A DNA stretch of 64,000 nucleotides from Acidimicrobiaceae bacterium. Its GTDB lineage: Bacteria > Actinomycetota > Acidimicrobiia > Acidimicrobiales > Bog-793. Each line of letters starts with the position of its first letter. The stretch's first letter is position 1. Location: contig PLPK01000076.1 of assembly GCA_003159795.1 (NCBI GenBank), forward strand, positions 19,331 through 83,330, read 5' to 3'. The notes beneath the pieces are model-generated. The model saw nothing but the letters and a program-made list of their open reading frames with translations, did not search any database and was not told the origin of the DNA. This document shows positions 20,963 to 30,241 of the stretch, piece by piece. Both the position numbers and the translations under genes were made by a program.

Positions 20963-21430
20963 ATGCCGCCGAACAAGAGCGACGTGCAGTCGATGGTCGT
21001 TGCCCTCTTCACGCTGATCGCCGGAATCGACCGGGCAACGCGTCTCAGTCAGGGCGCGAGCACACTGAGCGTCCTTCAAGTCGTTGCCGGTCGCGCAGCA
21101 ATCCGTCCGTCGCAGATCGCCGACATCCAGCATGTCCACCCATCCCTCGTCACTCGTCAGCTTCGAGAACTGGAGCGCATGGGCTACATCGAAGTCAGAT
21201 CGGATCCTGCTGACAGGCGCGCCTGCCTGGTGTCGGTCACGTCCGCAGGAGCCGACAAGATGCGCCTGCTGCAGCAGATGGGCCTTGAGCGCTTTGCCAC
21301 GTTCGTCGCCGATTGGGAGCCTGACGACGTGCGGATGCTCACCTCGCTACTTGAGAAGCTGGAACAGTCCAAGGCCGCGGTCGGCGAATCCGAACGCCGG
21401 TCTGCGCGGCGCGAGAGAGTTCCGGCCTAG
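20963..21430 (+). CDS. MarR family transcriptional regulator
   Basis: Winged-HTH core (IRPSQIADIQHVHPSLVTRQLRELERMGYIEVRSDPADRRACLVSVT). Confidence 0.85.
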   Translation: MPPNKSDVQSMVVALFTLIAGIDRATRLSQGASTLSVLQVVAGRAAIRPSQIADIQHVHPSLVTRQLRELERMGYIEVRSDPADRRACLVSVTSAGADKMRLLQQMGLERFATFVADWEPDDVRMLTSLLEKLEQSKAAVGESERRSARRERVPA

Positions 21431-21558
21431 GTCCGGAAGAGGTTCCCCCACCCCGCTCAGATCCGAAGCCCCGGATAGGGCCGTCGGGACGGATGCCGCG
21501 CGCAGCGCGCGCCCAGCTGGAGTCCCACGGAGCCAACCGCCTTTGACGGGCGGGCGGG

Positions 21559-22623
21559 TCAGAGCTTGATGTGCCAGATACCTTCGATGCGGTTCACGAC
21601 GTAGCCGCCGACCAGGTCGTCGCCGCCCGGCGGGGCGATGTGGATCCCGTCGGAGTCACGGACCTCGACGAGGTTGCCACTCTTGTCCGACAGGAACTCG
21701 GAGTACTGGCCGGCCTTGTTCGAGAAGAGCTTCCAGGTCGGGATGAACACGACCCCCGGATAGCGGTGCGACTGGGCGAGGAAGATGGAGTTCAGGAACG
21801 CCATGTGGGAGCCGAACTCTGGGCTCGACATGATCGGCAGCCCGACCCAGAGCATGTGGGCCCCGGCCGCCGTCGCCTCGGCCATCATCTCGTCGACGCG
21901 CTGCGTGTAGACGCTGACCCACAGCTTCGTTCCGGTGTAGGCGACCTCGCCATTGGACAGGGCGAACCCCTGCCAGTCATTTCCGCCGAGCATGACGACG
22001 ACGAGTCTCGGGTGGTACTGGCGGAGCTGCTGCGCCAGCGTGGCGGGCCAGTCGAAATAGTCGAGGTTGGAGAGCCCGGTGTCGCCGACGGCGTTCTGCA
22101 GCACGTGGACGCGGGGGTCGGTGCCGATCTCGTCGGCGAGCCCGAAGCCGAGGTCCTCGCCGATCGAGTCACCCACCTCGAGGATCGTCATCGGCTTCGC
22201 CACGGTCGGCGACTTGAGGGGGGGCGGGCCGACCCGTTGCTTGGGGGGAGGCTTGTGGTGCCCGCCCTTCTTCGCCGGCAGCGTCGTCGTCGGGGGGGTC
22301 ACGCCCCCTCCCGGCGTCATGTAGTTCATCCGGCCGAGCGCCCGGTTGCCCCCGTCGACGATCCGGTCGGCGCCGAGGAAGGACTCTGCGCGCGCGATCG
22401 GGCGCGTCAGCGACATCGCGACGCTGCGCCGCACGCCGAGCGGCGAGGCGTTCGCCGAGTTGAATAGTTGGCGGCTGTCGAGGAAGGTCCACAGGCCGAA
22501 GCAGAGCAGCCCGACGGCGAGGGCGTGGCCGACCGGCATGACGCGGGGCCGTTCGGCGCCGGGCGGGCGGCTGGCCGGAGTGGCGGCGACCTGCCTGGTC
22601 GCGAAGAACTCAGTGTTCGCCAT
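21559..22623 (-). CDS. Membrane-anchored SGNH/GDSL hydrolase (DUF459-like)
   Basis: N-terminal TM anchor followed by SGNH blocks ILEVGDSIG (block I), MLGGNDWQG (block III) and DSDGIHI (block V). Start set to ATG 22623. Confidence 0.7.
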   Translation of the reverse strand: MANTEFFATRQVAATPASRPPGAERPRVMPVGHALAVGLLCFGLWTFLDSRQLFNSANASPLGVRRSVAMSLTRPIARAESFLGADRIVDGGNRALGRMNYMTPGGGVTPPTTTLPAKKGGHHKPPPKQRVGPPPLKSPTVAKPMTILEVGDSIGEDLGFGLADEIGTDPRVHVLQNAVGDTGLSNLDYFDWPATLAQQLRQYHPRLVVVMLGGNDWQGFALSNGEVAYTGTKLWVSVYTQRVDEMMAEATAAGAHMLWVGLPIMSSPEFGSHMAFLNSIFLAQSHRYPGVVFIPTWKLFSNKAGQYSEFLSDKSGNLVEVRDSDGIHIAPPGGDDLVGGYVVNRIEGIWHIKL

Positions 22624-22724
22624 GGTCGCTGCCACCACATCCTGCCTGCATCGCAGCACAGTCAATCACTTCCGCCGGCCGAGTCGACGTCACCCCCGCC
22701 ACTTTTCTCATAGTCCGGCCGCCC

Positions 22725-24161
22725 CTAAAACCGGTAGTAGATGAAAGGCGCGACCCCTGGTGGGCCAAGCGTCGTGATGACGAGCAGGCAGCCGGCGAGG
22801 ACGGCGCCCTTCGCCACGAGGCCAAGGCTGGCGAAGGCGGCCTGGGCCCGCGCCGGGAGGTCCCGGGGCAGGTACTGCATCCCCAGCGCGCCGACGACGG
22901 CGAGCACGACCGGCCACCGCACGAGTGGTGCCGCCTGGCCCCACGTCGTGAAGAGCCGGCCGACGAGGGTGAGCGCGTCGTTGAAGGTGTTCGCCCGGAA
23001 AAAGATCCAGGCGAAGCAGACGACCTGGAACGTCGCGAAGCGTTGCCAGGCGACGGCGAGCGGGCCGGTCGGCTGCGCCGCAAGGCCGCGGGCCTCCCGT
23101 CGCGAGCGCCGGAAGTGCCCGACCGTCTGCCCGAGCCCGTGGATCCCACCCCAGATGACGAAGGTCCACGCCGCGCCGTGCCAGAGCCCGCCGAGCAGCA
23201 TCGTGATCATGATGTTGCGGTACATCTGCGAGCGCTTGCCGCGGTTGCCCCCCAACGGGATGTAGAGGTAGTCGCGCAGCCACGAGCTGAGCGTCATGTG
23301 CCAGCGACGCCAGAAGTCCTGCAACGAGGTCGCCGTGTAGGGCGCGTTGAAGTTCTGCGGGAACCGGAAGCCGAGCAGCAGGGCGCAGCCGATGGCGATG
23401 TCGGTGTAACCGGAGAAATCGCAGTAGATCTGCACAGCGAAGCCGTAGGTCGCGAGCAGGATCTCCGGCGCCGAGTGGAGGGAGGGGTTGTTGTAGACGG
23501 GCGTGACGATCGCCGTCGAGACGTAGCTCGAGATGACGACCTTCTTGAACAACCCCCCGAAGATCAGGTAGGCGGCCTCGGGGAACTCCAGCTGGCGCGG
23601 GTCGCGCTGCTCGGCGGATTCCACCTGGGGCAACAGGTCGGCGCCGCGCACGATCGGCCCGGCGACGAGGTGCGGGAAGAAGGCGACGAAGACGGCGACG
23701 TCTAGGAACTTGGCCCGCCGTAGCTTGCGGCGGTAGATGTCGAACACGTACGACAAACCCATGAAGGTGAAGAACGAGATCCCGACCGGCAGCGTGACCG
23801 ACATGAGCGGCAGGAACGTGCCGTGGACCCCGAGTTTGTGCAGGCCGTTGTCGACCGAGACGGAGAAGAACCCGTAGTACTTGAACCAGCCGAGGAGTCC
23901 CAGCTCGGCGACGAGGGTCGCGATCAGCCCGGCGCGCCGGCCCCGTTCGGTCGAGGCCCGGTCGACGAGGTACCCCCCGGTCGCCGTGCAGATCGTCGAG
24001 GCGGCAAGCAGGAAGACGAAGCGCCAGTCCCACCAGGCGTAGAAAACGTAGCTGGCGAGCAGGATGAACAGCTTCCAGGGCGTCTTGAAGGGCCTGAGCA
24101 GCCAGTTCCCGAGGAACACGATCCCGAAAAAGATCGCAAAGTCGGTTGTCGGGAACAGCAC
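22725..24161 (-). CDS. MBOAT family O-acyltransferase (AlgI/DltB/PatA-like)
   Basis: Polytopic protein with the conserved MBOAT histidine region (MLLGGLWHGAAWTFVIWG) and RRWHMTLSSWLRDYLYIPLGG. GTG at 24161 chosen as start (VLFPTTDFAIFF). Confidence 0.85.
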   Translation of the reverse strand: MLFPTTDFAIFFGIVFLGNWLLRPFKTPWKLFILLASYVFYAWWDWRFVFLLAASTICTATGGYLVDRASTERGRRAGLIATLVAELGLLGWFKYYGFFSVSVDNGLHKLGVHGTFLPLMSVTLPVGISFFTFMGLSYVFDIYRRKLRRAKFLDVAVFVAFFPHLVAGPIVRGADLLPQVESAEQRDPRQLEFPEAAYLIFGGLFKKVVISSYVSTAIVTPVYNNPSLHSAPEILLATYGFAVQIYCDFSGYTDIAIGCALLLGFRFPQNFNAPYTATSLQDFWRRWHMTLSSWLRDYLYIPLGGNRGKRSQMYRNIMITMLLGGLWHGAAWTFVIWGGIHGLGQTVGHFRRSRREARGLAAQPTGPLAVAWQRFATFQVVCFAWIFFRANTFNDALTLVGRLFTTWGQAAPLVRWPVVLAVVGALGMQYLPRDLPARAQAAFASLGLVAKGAVLAGCLLVITTLGPPGVAPFIYYRF

Positions 24162-24414
24162 GTCGATGCCTTTCCGGGACCAACCCTCCGATTGGCTGCC
24201 CGCAGGATAGTGGCCCGAGATGGCAGAACAAGTGCACCCTGAGGGACAAATCGCGCCGGATTTCCTGCTCTCCGGTGGCGATAAGCGCGGCGAGATTCTG
24301 GCGAGACCCTTGCCAGTCGGCCCGGACCCGCATACGATCGTGCCGCCGACTAGCTCGTGGTCGGCCCACGTCTGACAGCTCACGGGACGAGTGCGATAAG
24401 CGGTCGTCTCTACT

Positions 24415-24430
24415 TGTGAACTTGTGCACA
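24415..24430. promoter_or_regulatory. CRP/FNR-like half-palindrome TGTGA-N6-GCACA upstream of whiB
   Basis: The site is seen directly and ends 16 nt before the whiB ATG, just upstream of a GGAG Shine-Dalgarno. It matches 9/10 positions of TGTGA-N6-TCACA. Confidence 0.3.
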
Positions 24431-24445
24431 GATACGGAGAGCCAG

Positions 24446-24766
24446 ATGCTGACGGAGAGTCGCCGAGGCGGGAGCGTTGCTCTCACCTGGACCAGGACGA
24501 TCGAATGGGACTGCGCCGAGTGGCGCACCCGGGCTGCCTGCCGCGACACCGACCCCGATCTGTTCTTCCCCGTCGGCACCACCGGGCAGGCCGTCGACCA
24601 GATTGAGGCGGCGAAGGCTGTCTGTGCCCAGTGCTCGGCGCAGCCGGAATGCCTCGAGTTCGCGCTGGCGACGAACCAGGAGTCCGGGGTGTGGGGCGGA
24701 GCCCCCGAGGAGGAGCGCCGGAAGCTGCGCAAGGTCTGGCTCGCCGAGCGGCGCCGGGCCTCCTAA
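24446..24766 (+). CDS. whiB: WhiB family redox-sensing transcription factor (WhiB1-like context)
   Basis: Four-Cys pattern (C-x..-CRDTDPDLFFP...CAQCSAQPEC), GVWGG turn and basic tail. Adjacent and convergent with a PdtaS-like kinase, as at the whiB1 locus of mycobacteria. Confidence 0.9.
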   Translation: MLTESRRGGSVALTWTRTIEWDCAEWRTRAACRDTDPDLFFPVGTTGQAVDQIEAAKAVCAQCSAQPECLEFALATNQESGVWGGAPEEERRKLRKVWLAERRRAS

Positions 24767-24784
24767 CCCGGGCAACGCGGCCGC

Positions 24785-26302
24785 CTACCCGGCGGCCTGA
24801 TCGGGTGCTGTCGGGATGACGAGGCGCACCACGGCGCCGTCGTCGTTGGCGACCGAGATCGAACCCCCGAGCTGTGAGCGCACGAGGTCGCGCACGATCG
24901 ACAGGCCGAGGCCGGACGTCCGGTCGACGTCGAATCCCGGCGGGAAGCCGATCCCGTCGTCGCGGACCTCGACCTCGAGCTTCGGGGGCCCCGGTCTGAA
25001 CGACAGGTCAACGAGCAGCGAGGCCGAGTCGACCCCGACGTGCGCGTGCTCGACGGCGTTCTGCAGGAGTTCGGCGATGATGAGCGAGAGCGGCGTGGCG
25101 ACGTCAGCGTTGAGGTCGCCCGCGTCGCCGCTCACCCGGATGGCGACCTTGGTCGCGTCGACGACGGCGTCCCCGGCGAGCGCGACGAGGGAGGGCACGA
25201 TCTCGCCGAAAGGCACCTGCGCCGAGGGCTCCCGGGCGAGCACCTCGTGGACGACGGCGATGGCGCGCACCCGGCGCTCCGCCTCGACGAGGGCGTCCTG
25301 GCCCGGCCCCGCGCCCATCCGGCGCGATTGCAGGCGCAGAAGCGATGAGATCGTCTGCAGGTTGTTCTTCACCCGGTGGTGCACCTCGCGGATCGCGGCG
25401 TCCTTCGAGAGCAGCAGCCGGTCACGCCGCCGCAGGTCGGTCACGTCCCGCAGGAGCAGCACCGCGCCCACGACGACGTCGGCCTCGACAAGCGGGATGC
25501 AGTGGACCGCCACGACGCCCTCGGGGCGCCGTTCGATCTCCTCGATGACGGGGAGCCGTCCGGTGAACACCCTCGACACGGCGTGCGTCTCGGCCTCGAG
25601 CGGTTCCAGGCCCGAGCCGACGATCTGCGAGACGATCCCCATCCGGTGCAGGGCGTTCACGGCGTTCGGCGAGGCGAAGGTGACCCGGCGGTTCTCGTCG
25701 AGCACGATCACCCCGTCGCCGACGCGCGGGGTGTCCGTCACGGCGGCGACGCCGGTGTGGAACGGGAAGAGCCCCGCCGCCACCATCGAGGCGAGCCGCT
25801 CGAAGATCCGCCGGTAGACGCGCTCGAGACCGCCGGTGCGCCGGCCGGTGCGCGGCGACCAGACCCGGACGAGCACGGCGATGATGGAGTCCTCGAAGCG
25901 CACGGGGATGCACTGGCAACGGACCGGGGCCGTCTCGCCGCTGTAGGGGCAGTCCCCGACGACGATCTGACCGCTCCCCCACGCCTCGCGCACGAGCACA
26001 CCCTCGCCCGCCTCATCGGCGGCCTGGCCCACGAGGTCGACTGCGAACAGCGTCTGGCTCGTCGTGGGGCGCATCTGGCCGACCGCCACGAACACCAGCT
26101 GCTGATCGCCCGCCCCGCCCGGCTGCGGCCCGCCCGGCTGCGGCCCGCCCGCCGGACGGCCGGCGACCACCGGGACGTAGCACACGAGGTCCGAGAACGA
26201 CAGGTCGGCGAGCATGCCCCACGACCCCATGAGCGACTCGAGGTGAACCCGGGCGGCCTCGGAGAGCTGCTCGAGCCGTCGGACGAGCTCCGCCGAGGTC
26301 AC
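24785..26302 (-). CDS. Soluble GAF/PAS sensor histidine kinase (PdtaS-like, HisKA_2)
   Basis: H-box HHRVKNNLQTISSLLRLQSRR, HATPase region ELLQNAVEHA...EVRDDGIGFPPGF...GLGLSIVRDLV, and no TM segments. Start is either GTG 26302 or ATG 26350. Confidence 0.8.
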   Translation of the reverse strand: MTSAELVRRLEQLSEAARVHLESLMGSWGMLADLSFSDLVCYVPVVAGRPAGGPQPGGPQPGGAGDQQLVFVAVGQMRPTTSQTLFAVDLVGQAADEAGEGVLVREAWGSGQIVVGDCPYSGETAPVRCQCIPVRFEDSIIAVLVRVWSPRTGRRTGGLERVYRRIFERLASMVAAGLFPFHTGVAAVTDTPRVGDGVIVLDENRRVTFASPNAVNALHRMGIVSQIVGSGLEPLEAETHAVSRVFTGRLPVIEEIERRPEGVVAVHCIPLVEADVVVGAVLLLRDVTDLRRRDRLLLSKDAAIREVHHRVKNNLQTISSLLRLQSRRMGAGPGQDALVEAERRVRAIAVVHEVLAREPSAQVPFGEIVPSLVALAGDAVVDATKVAIRVSGDAGDLNADVATPLSLIIAELLQNAVEHAHVGVDSASLLVDLSFRPGPPKLEVEVRDDGIGFPPGFDVDRTSGLGLSIVRDLVRSQLGGSISVANDDGAVVRLVIPTAPDQAAG

Positions 26303-26306
26303 GGCG

Positions 26307-27215
26307 TCACGCCTTCCCCGGCGCCCGGCGTCCAGGGTCGAGGGCCACATCGTGGCCGACCCGCTGCCGGAAGGCGCGCAGCGTCGTGTAGCCGGCGGCC
26401 GCGGCGAACCGGCCGAGCTCGCTGGCGCGCTCGCCGACGCATCCCGGCCCGTGCGAGTCCGAGGCGGTCGTGACCGGCACGCCGCGGGCCGCGAAACGCG
26501 CCAGCAGCCCCGTCGCCGGGTACTGCTCACCGACGGGGGCGCGGAAGCCCGCCGAGGAGATCTCCGCCGCCATCCCCGAGGCGAGGGCCGCCTCCGCCAT
26601 CCGGTCGTAGCACTCGTCGAGCGTCGCCGCCGAGGGCCGGCGCCCGGCGAGCTTCACGAGGTCCGGGTGGGCCAGGACATCGCAGGTCCGCGTGGCGGCG
26701 AGCTCCTCGAGCGCCTCCGTGTAGCGGCGCCAGACGTCCTCGACACGGCGCCGGTCCCACTCGGCCAGGCATCCCTCGTCGTCGAGGAGGTCGAACTGCC
26801 ACGTGCCGAGCCAGTGGACGGATCCGAGCAGCACGTCGAAGGGGTAGCCGTCGAGAAGCCGCGCCACCGCGTCCATCTTGCCGGGGTAGTAGTCGACCTC
26901 GAGGCCGACGACGACGGGGAGGCCGGCGTCGCGGGCCTCGCAGGCCGCCGTCACGTAGGCGTCGAGATCGGCCGTCGCGTGGTGGTCGAAGTAGGCGCCC
27001 ATCGTCGCGGCGAACGGCAGGCCCGGCTCGTCCAGCCAGAAGTCCCCCACCGCGGCTCGCCCCTGGGTGAAGCGGAAGAAGTGCTCGGTGAGCGCGATCT
27101 CGCCGACCTCCTCGGCGGCGGCCCGGTCACAGTAGACGGCGAGCCGCTCTAGGCGCTGCTCAGAGGCCTCGGCCCGCATCGCGTGAGGCCAGAGGTGGAC
27201 GTGGTAGTCAATCAC
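26307..27215 (-). CDS. PHP-domain phosphoesterase (HisJ-type histidinol-phosphatase family)
   Basis: MIDYHVHLWPH, ALTEHF, GSVHW, AHPD and SDSHGP metal-ligand motifs of the PHP fold. Confidence 0.8.
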   Translation of the reverse strand: MIDYHVHLWPHAMRAEASEQRLERLAVYCDRAAAEEVGEIALTEHFFRFTQGRAAVGDFWLDEPGLPFAATMGAYFDHHATADLDAYVTAACEARDAGLPVVVGLEVDYYPGKMDAVARLLDGYPFDVLLGSVHWLGTWQFDLLDDEGCLAEWDRRRVEDVWRRYTEALEELAATRTCDVLAHPDLVKLAGRRPSAATLDECYDRMAEAALASGMAAEISSAGFRAPVGEQYPATGLLARFAARGVPVTTASDSHGPGCVGERASELGRFAAAAGYTTLRAFRQRVGHDVALDPGRRAPGKA

Positions 27216-27297
27216 GGCGTCATGGTAGGTCGACGGTTACGGAATCCCGGGCCGCCCCGGCCGGGCGTCCGGCCGCCCGAATCGCGGGCCCGGCCGA

Positions 27298-27534
27298 TCA
27301 GGGTGCGCCAAATCCGACCCGCCGGTCCTCGGCCGTGCCGCCGACCTCAACGTAGGCGACCTTGGCGGTTGGCACGCCGACCTGCCGCCCGCGCCGGTCG
27401 GTCAGCCAGAGCACGCCGTTCGCGTCGGCAAGCGCCGTCTCGATAACGGCGAGGACTTCCTCCCGGGTGACGTCGTCACCGACTTCGACATCGAGTTCCT
27501 TCGTCGACTGGATGATTCCGATGCGAACGTCCAC
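27298..27534 (-). CDS. DUF3107 family protein
   Basis: 78 aa. MDVRIGIIQSTKELDVEV...LWLTDRRGRQVGVPTAKVAYVEVG matches the conserved actinobacterial DUF3107 pattern. Confidence 0.8.
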   Translation of the reverse strand: MDVRIGIIQSTKELDVEVGDDVTREEVLAVIETALADANGVLWLTDRRGRQVGVPTAKVAYVEVGGTAEDRRVGFGAP

Positions 27535-27691
27535 AAGCCAACTCCTGGTCGAGGTTGCTCCTTATCCTAAGGGAGGGCACCAGTCCGCGACACCGCCCCA
27601 CTGCTCCCAGGGTACGCTCACCATTGGGACGTGCGCCTCAGCGCGCACGGGTCCCGGGCGGCACCTCGTGCCGTCGCTGGAGGGAGGACCA

Positions 27692-28222
27692 ATGTGGATT
27701 GTCGCCGGCGTGCTCCTCGGGCTCGTCGTGTTCTCCTCGATCTTCGGCTTCCACATCGGACCGCATGCCCACGCCGTCGCGGCCGTCGCCGGGATCGCAG
27801 CGGCGGGGTTCTTGATCGCGATCGCGGCGGCCGGTGACACCCGCTCGTTCGTCTTCCTCCTGCTGAGCGCCGACGTCGTCGTCTCCGCGGGGGTCGGGGC
27901 GATCGCCTGGAAGGGGCTCACCGACCCGCGCCTGCGCGGCGCGCACGCCATGCATTCGCTGGTCTCGGCTGAGGGCGTCGCGGTGAACGACCTCGAACCG
28001 TCGGGCATCGTGCGCGTCGCCGGCGAGAACTGGTCGGCGACCTCGCTCAACGGACGTATCCCCGCCGGCGCGAGGATTCAGGTGATCCAGGCCGACGGCG
28101 TCCGTCTGTCGGTCTGGGGAGACAACGGACTTCCCCGGGAAACTGGCGGCCAGCCGGCGCTCGATGAGCGCTCCCCTGCCACCGACGCCTCCCGGCCGAG
28201 CGAAGGGACACACGAGTCGTGA
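27692..28222 (+). CDS. NfeD family membrane protein
   Basis: Two or three N-terminal TM helices and a C-terminal OB-like NfeD domain (GIVRVAGENWSATS...RIQVIQADGVRLSV). GGAGGGAGG lies upstream of ATG 27692. Confidence 0.75.
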   Translation: MWIVAGVLLGLVVFSSIFGFHIGPHAHAVAAVAGIAAAGFLIAIAAAGDTRSFVFLLLSADVVVSAGVGAIAWKGLTDPRLRGAHAMHSLVSAEGVAVNDLEPSGIVRVAGENWSATSLNGRIPAGARIQVIQADGVRLSVWGDNGLPRETGGQPALDERSPATDASRPSEGTHES

Positions 28223-29130
28223 TTCTCGGCATCGTCATTGCGGTAGCTGTCATCGTCATCATCGGCGTCGCGAGGTCGGTGAAGATCATCCGTGAGTACC
28301 AGCGGATCGTGCTGTTCCGCCTCGGACGGGCGATCGGTTTGCGCGGACCGGGCATCGTCTTCATCAACCCGATCACGGACCGCACCACGCTCGTCGACCT
28401 GCGCGAGCAGTACCTCGAGATCCCCCACCAGACGGCGATCACGAAGGACAACGCGCCGATCTCGATCGACTTCATCATCTTTTACAAGGTCGTCGACCCG
28501 TCGATGTCCGTCCTCACCGTGCAGAACTTCGCCGGCGCCGCCCTCAACCTCGCGGCCACGACGCTGCGCAGCGTCGTCGGTGACATGCCGCTCGACGACG
28601 TGCTGTCCAAGCGTGAGGACATGAACGCGTCGCTGCGCGTCCGGCTCGACGATGTCACCGAGCGCTGGGGCGTGAAGGTGACGAGCGTCGAGGTGCGCGA
28701 GGTAAACCCGCCCCCCGGGGTCCTCGAGGCGATGACCCGCCAGATGTCGGCCGAGCGGACCCGGCGTGCCCAGGTGACCGAGGCCGAGGGTCAGAAGTCG
28801 GCGGCGATCCTGTCCGCCGAGGGCGAGGCCCAGGCGGCGATCAACCTCGCCGAAGGCCGTCAGAAGGCGACGATCCTCGCTGCCGAGGCCGACCGCCAGT
28901 CGGCGATCCTGCGTGCCGAGGGCTACGCCAGGGGCCTCGAGAAGGTCCTCGTCGTCGCCCAGACGCTCGACCAGAAGACGATGGTGCTGCAGTACCTCGA
29001 CACCCTGAAGCAGGTCGGGACTTCGGCCTCGACGAAGATCGTCGTTCCGATGGAGATCCTCGACGGGCTGCGCAACCTGCTGCCCGGCGCGGAACTGCCG
29101 GCCGCGGGCGCCAAGCACTCGTCGAGCTGA
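28219..29130 (+). CDS. SPFH/band-7 (stomatin-like) protein
   Basis: VKIIREYQRIVLFRLGR...IDFIIFYKVVDP followed by a coiled-coil AEGEAQA repeat region. GTGA overlap with the NfeD gene, which is the classic nfeD-stomatin operon arrangement. Confidence 0.9.
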   Translation: MILGIVIAVAVIVIIGVARSVKIIREYQRIVLFRLGRAIGLRGPGIVFINPITDRTTLVDLREQYLEIPHQTAITKDNAPISIDFIIFYKVVDPSMSVLTVQNFAGAALNLAATTLRSVVGDMPLDDVLSKREDMNASLRVRLDDVTERWGVKVTSVEVREVNPPPGVLEAMTRQMSAERTRRAQVTEAEGQKSAAILSAEGEAQAAINLAEGRQKATILAAEADRQSAILRAEGYARGLEKVLVVAQTLDQKTMVLQYLDTLKQVGTSASTKIVVPMEILDGLRNLLPGAELPAAGAKHSSS

Positions 29131-29143
29131 ACCCTCTCGGCCT

Positions 29144-30241
29144 CTAGGTACCGCGCGCGAGATAGCGCGCCGGGAGCTCCTCCTCGGGCCAGTCCAACAG
29201 GCGCAGGGCGGCCTCGACCGCGAAGCGGTCGGTCATCCCGGCGACGTATTCGACGGCGGCACGCACCGCTTCCGGTGCCGCGGCGGTGAGGTCACGCGCC
29301 CGACCGTCCGGCAGCAGTTCCGGGGAGTGCGCGTACGTCTCGACCAGCGCGCCCAGCAGGCGACGGACGCGCCGTCCCTGCTCGACCGAGTCCGGTCGCA
29401 GGTAGATCCGCTCGTAGTTCCACGCCCGGAACGCGGCCAGGGCCTCCGCGGCGGCGGCGTCCATGCCGACCGTGCCGGTGCGCGTGACCGCCCCGACGAC
29501 AGCCGAGATGAACGCCGAGATCTGTGCGGCCCGCGTCAACCCGCAGCGCTCGGCGACGAGGGGCGGCAGCTCCTCCGGCCTGACGATCCCCGCGGCGACG
29601 GCGTCCTCGAAGTCGTGGCAGACATAAGCGATCCGGTCCGCCCAGGACAGGACCTCGCCCTCGGGGGTCGCGGGCGCGGGACGCGACCACGAATGGTTCC
29701 GCACCGCGTCGAGCGTCTCGCGGCACAAATTGAGCGGCCGCAGCACGACGTCGGCCCCCCAGGTCGCATGATCGAAATCCCCCCCGAGGAAGGCACCGAA
29801 CGCCTCCTCGCTCGCGTGCCCCCCGGGGCCGTGGCCGCAGTCGTGAGCGATCGAGGCGGCATAGACGAGGTCCTCGTTGAGACGCGTCGCCCGTGCGATC
29901 GCCTGGGCGACCTGGGCCACCTCCATCGCGTGGGTGAGCCGCGTCCGCTGATGATCGAGCGGATCGATGAAGACTTGGGTCTTGCCCGCCAGGCGCCGGA
30001 AGGCAGCGGAGTGGAGCACCCGGTCGCTGTCGCGCTCGAAACAGGTTCGCAGCACGTCCGCTTTCTCGTGACGCGCCCGGTTTCCCGCCCCGGCCGCCCG
30101 GGTCGCCGCCGGTGCCAGGATCGAGTCCTGCTCGGCCTCCCGTTCGGCGCGGGCCCTCGGCGTGACGTCCCCGGTGCGCGCGTGACTCGTCGCGTGGGCA
30201 ACGCGCACGCCGGAATCCGGGTCGAGGACGTAGCCGGCCAT
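29144..30241 (-). CDS. dgt: dGTP triphosphohydrolase-like HD-domain protein
   Basis: FERDSDRVLHSAAFRRLAGKTQV, RLTHAMEVAQVAQ and IAHDCGHGPGGH. The start may be ATG 30241 or 30331. Confidence 0.85.
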   Translation of the reverse strand: MAGYVLDPDSGVRVAHATSHARTGDVTPRARAEREAEQDSILAPAATRAAGAGNRARHEKADVLRTCFERDSDRVLHSAAFRRLAGKTQVFIDPLDHQRTRLTHAMEVAQVAQAIARATRLNEDLVYAASIAHDCGHGPGGHASEEAFGAFLGGDFDHATWGADVVLRPLNLCRETLDAVRNHSWSRPAPATPEGEVLSWADRIAYVCHDFEDAVAAGIVRPEELPPLVAERCGLTRAAQISAFISAVVGAVTRTGTVGMDAAAAEALAAFRAWNYERIYLRPDSVEQGRRVRRLLGALVETYAHSPELLPDGRARDLTAAAPEAVRAAVEYVAGMTDRFAVEAALRLLDWPEEELPARYLARGT

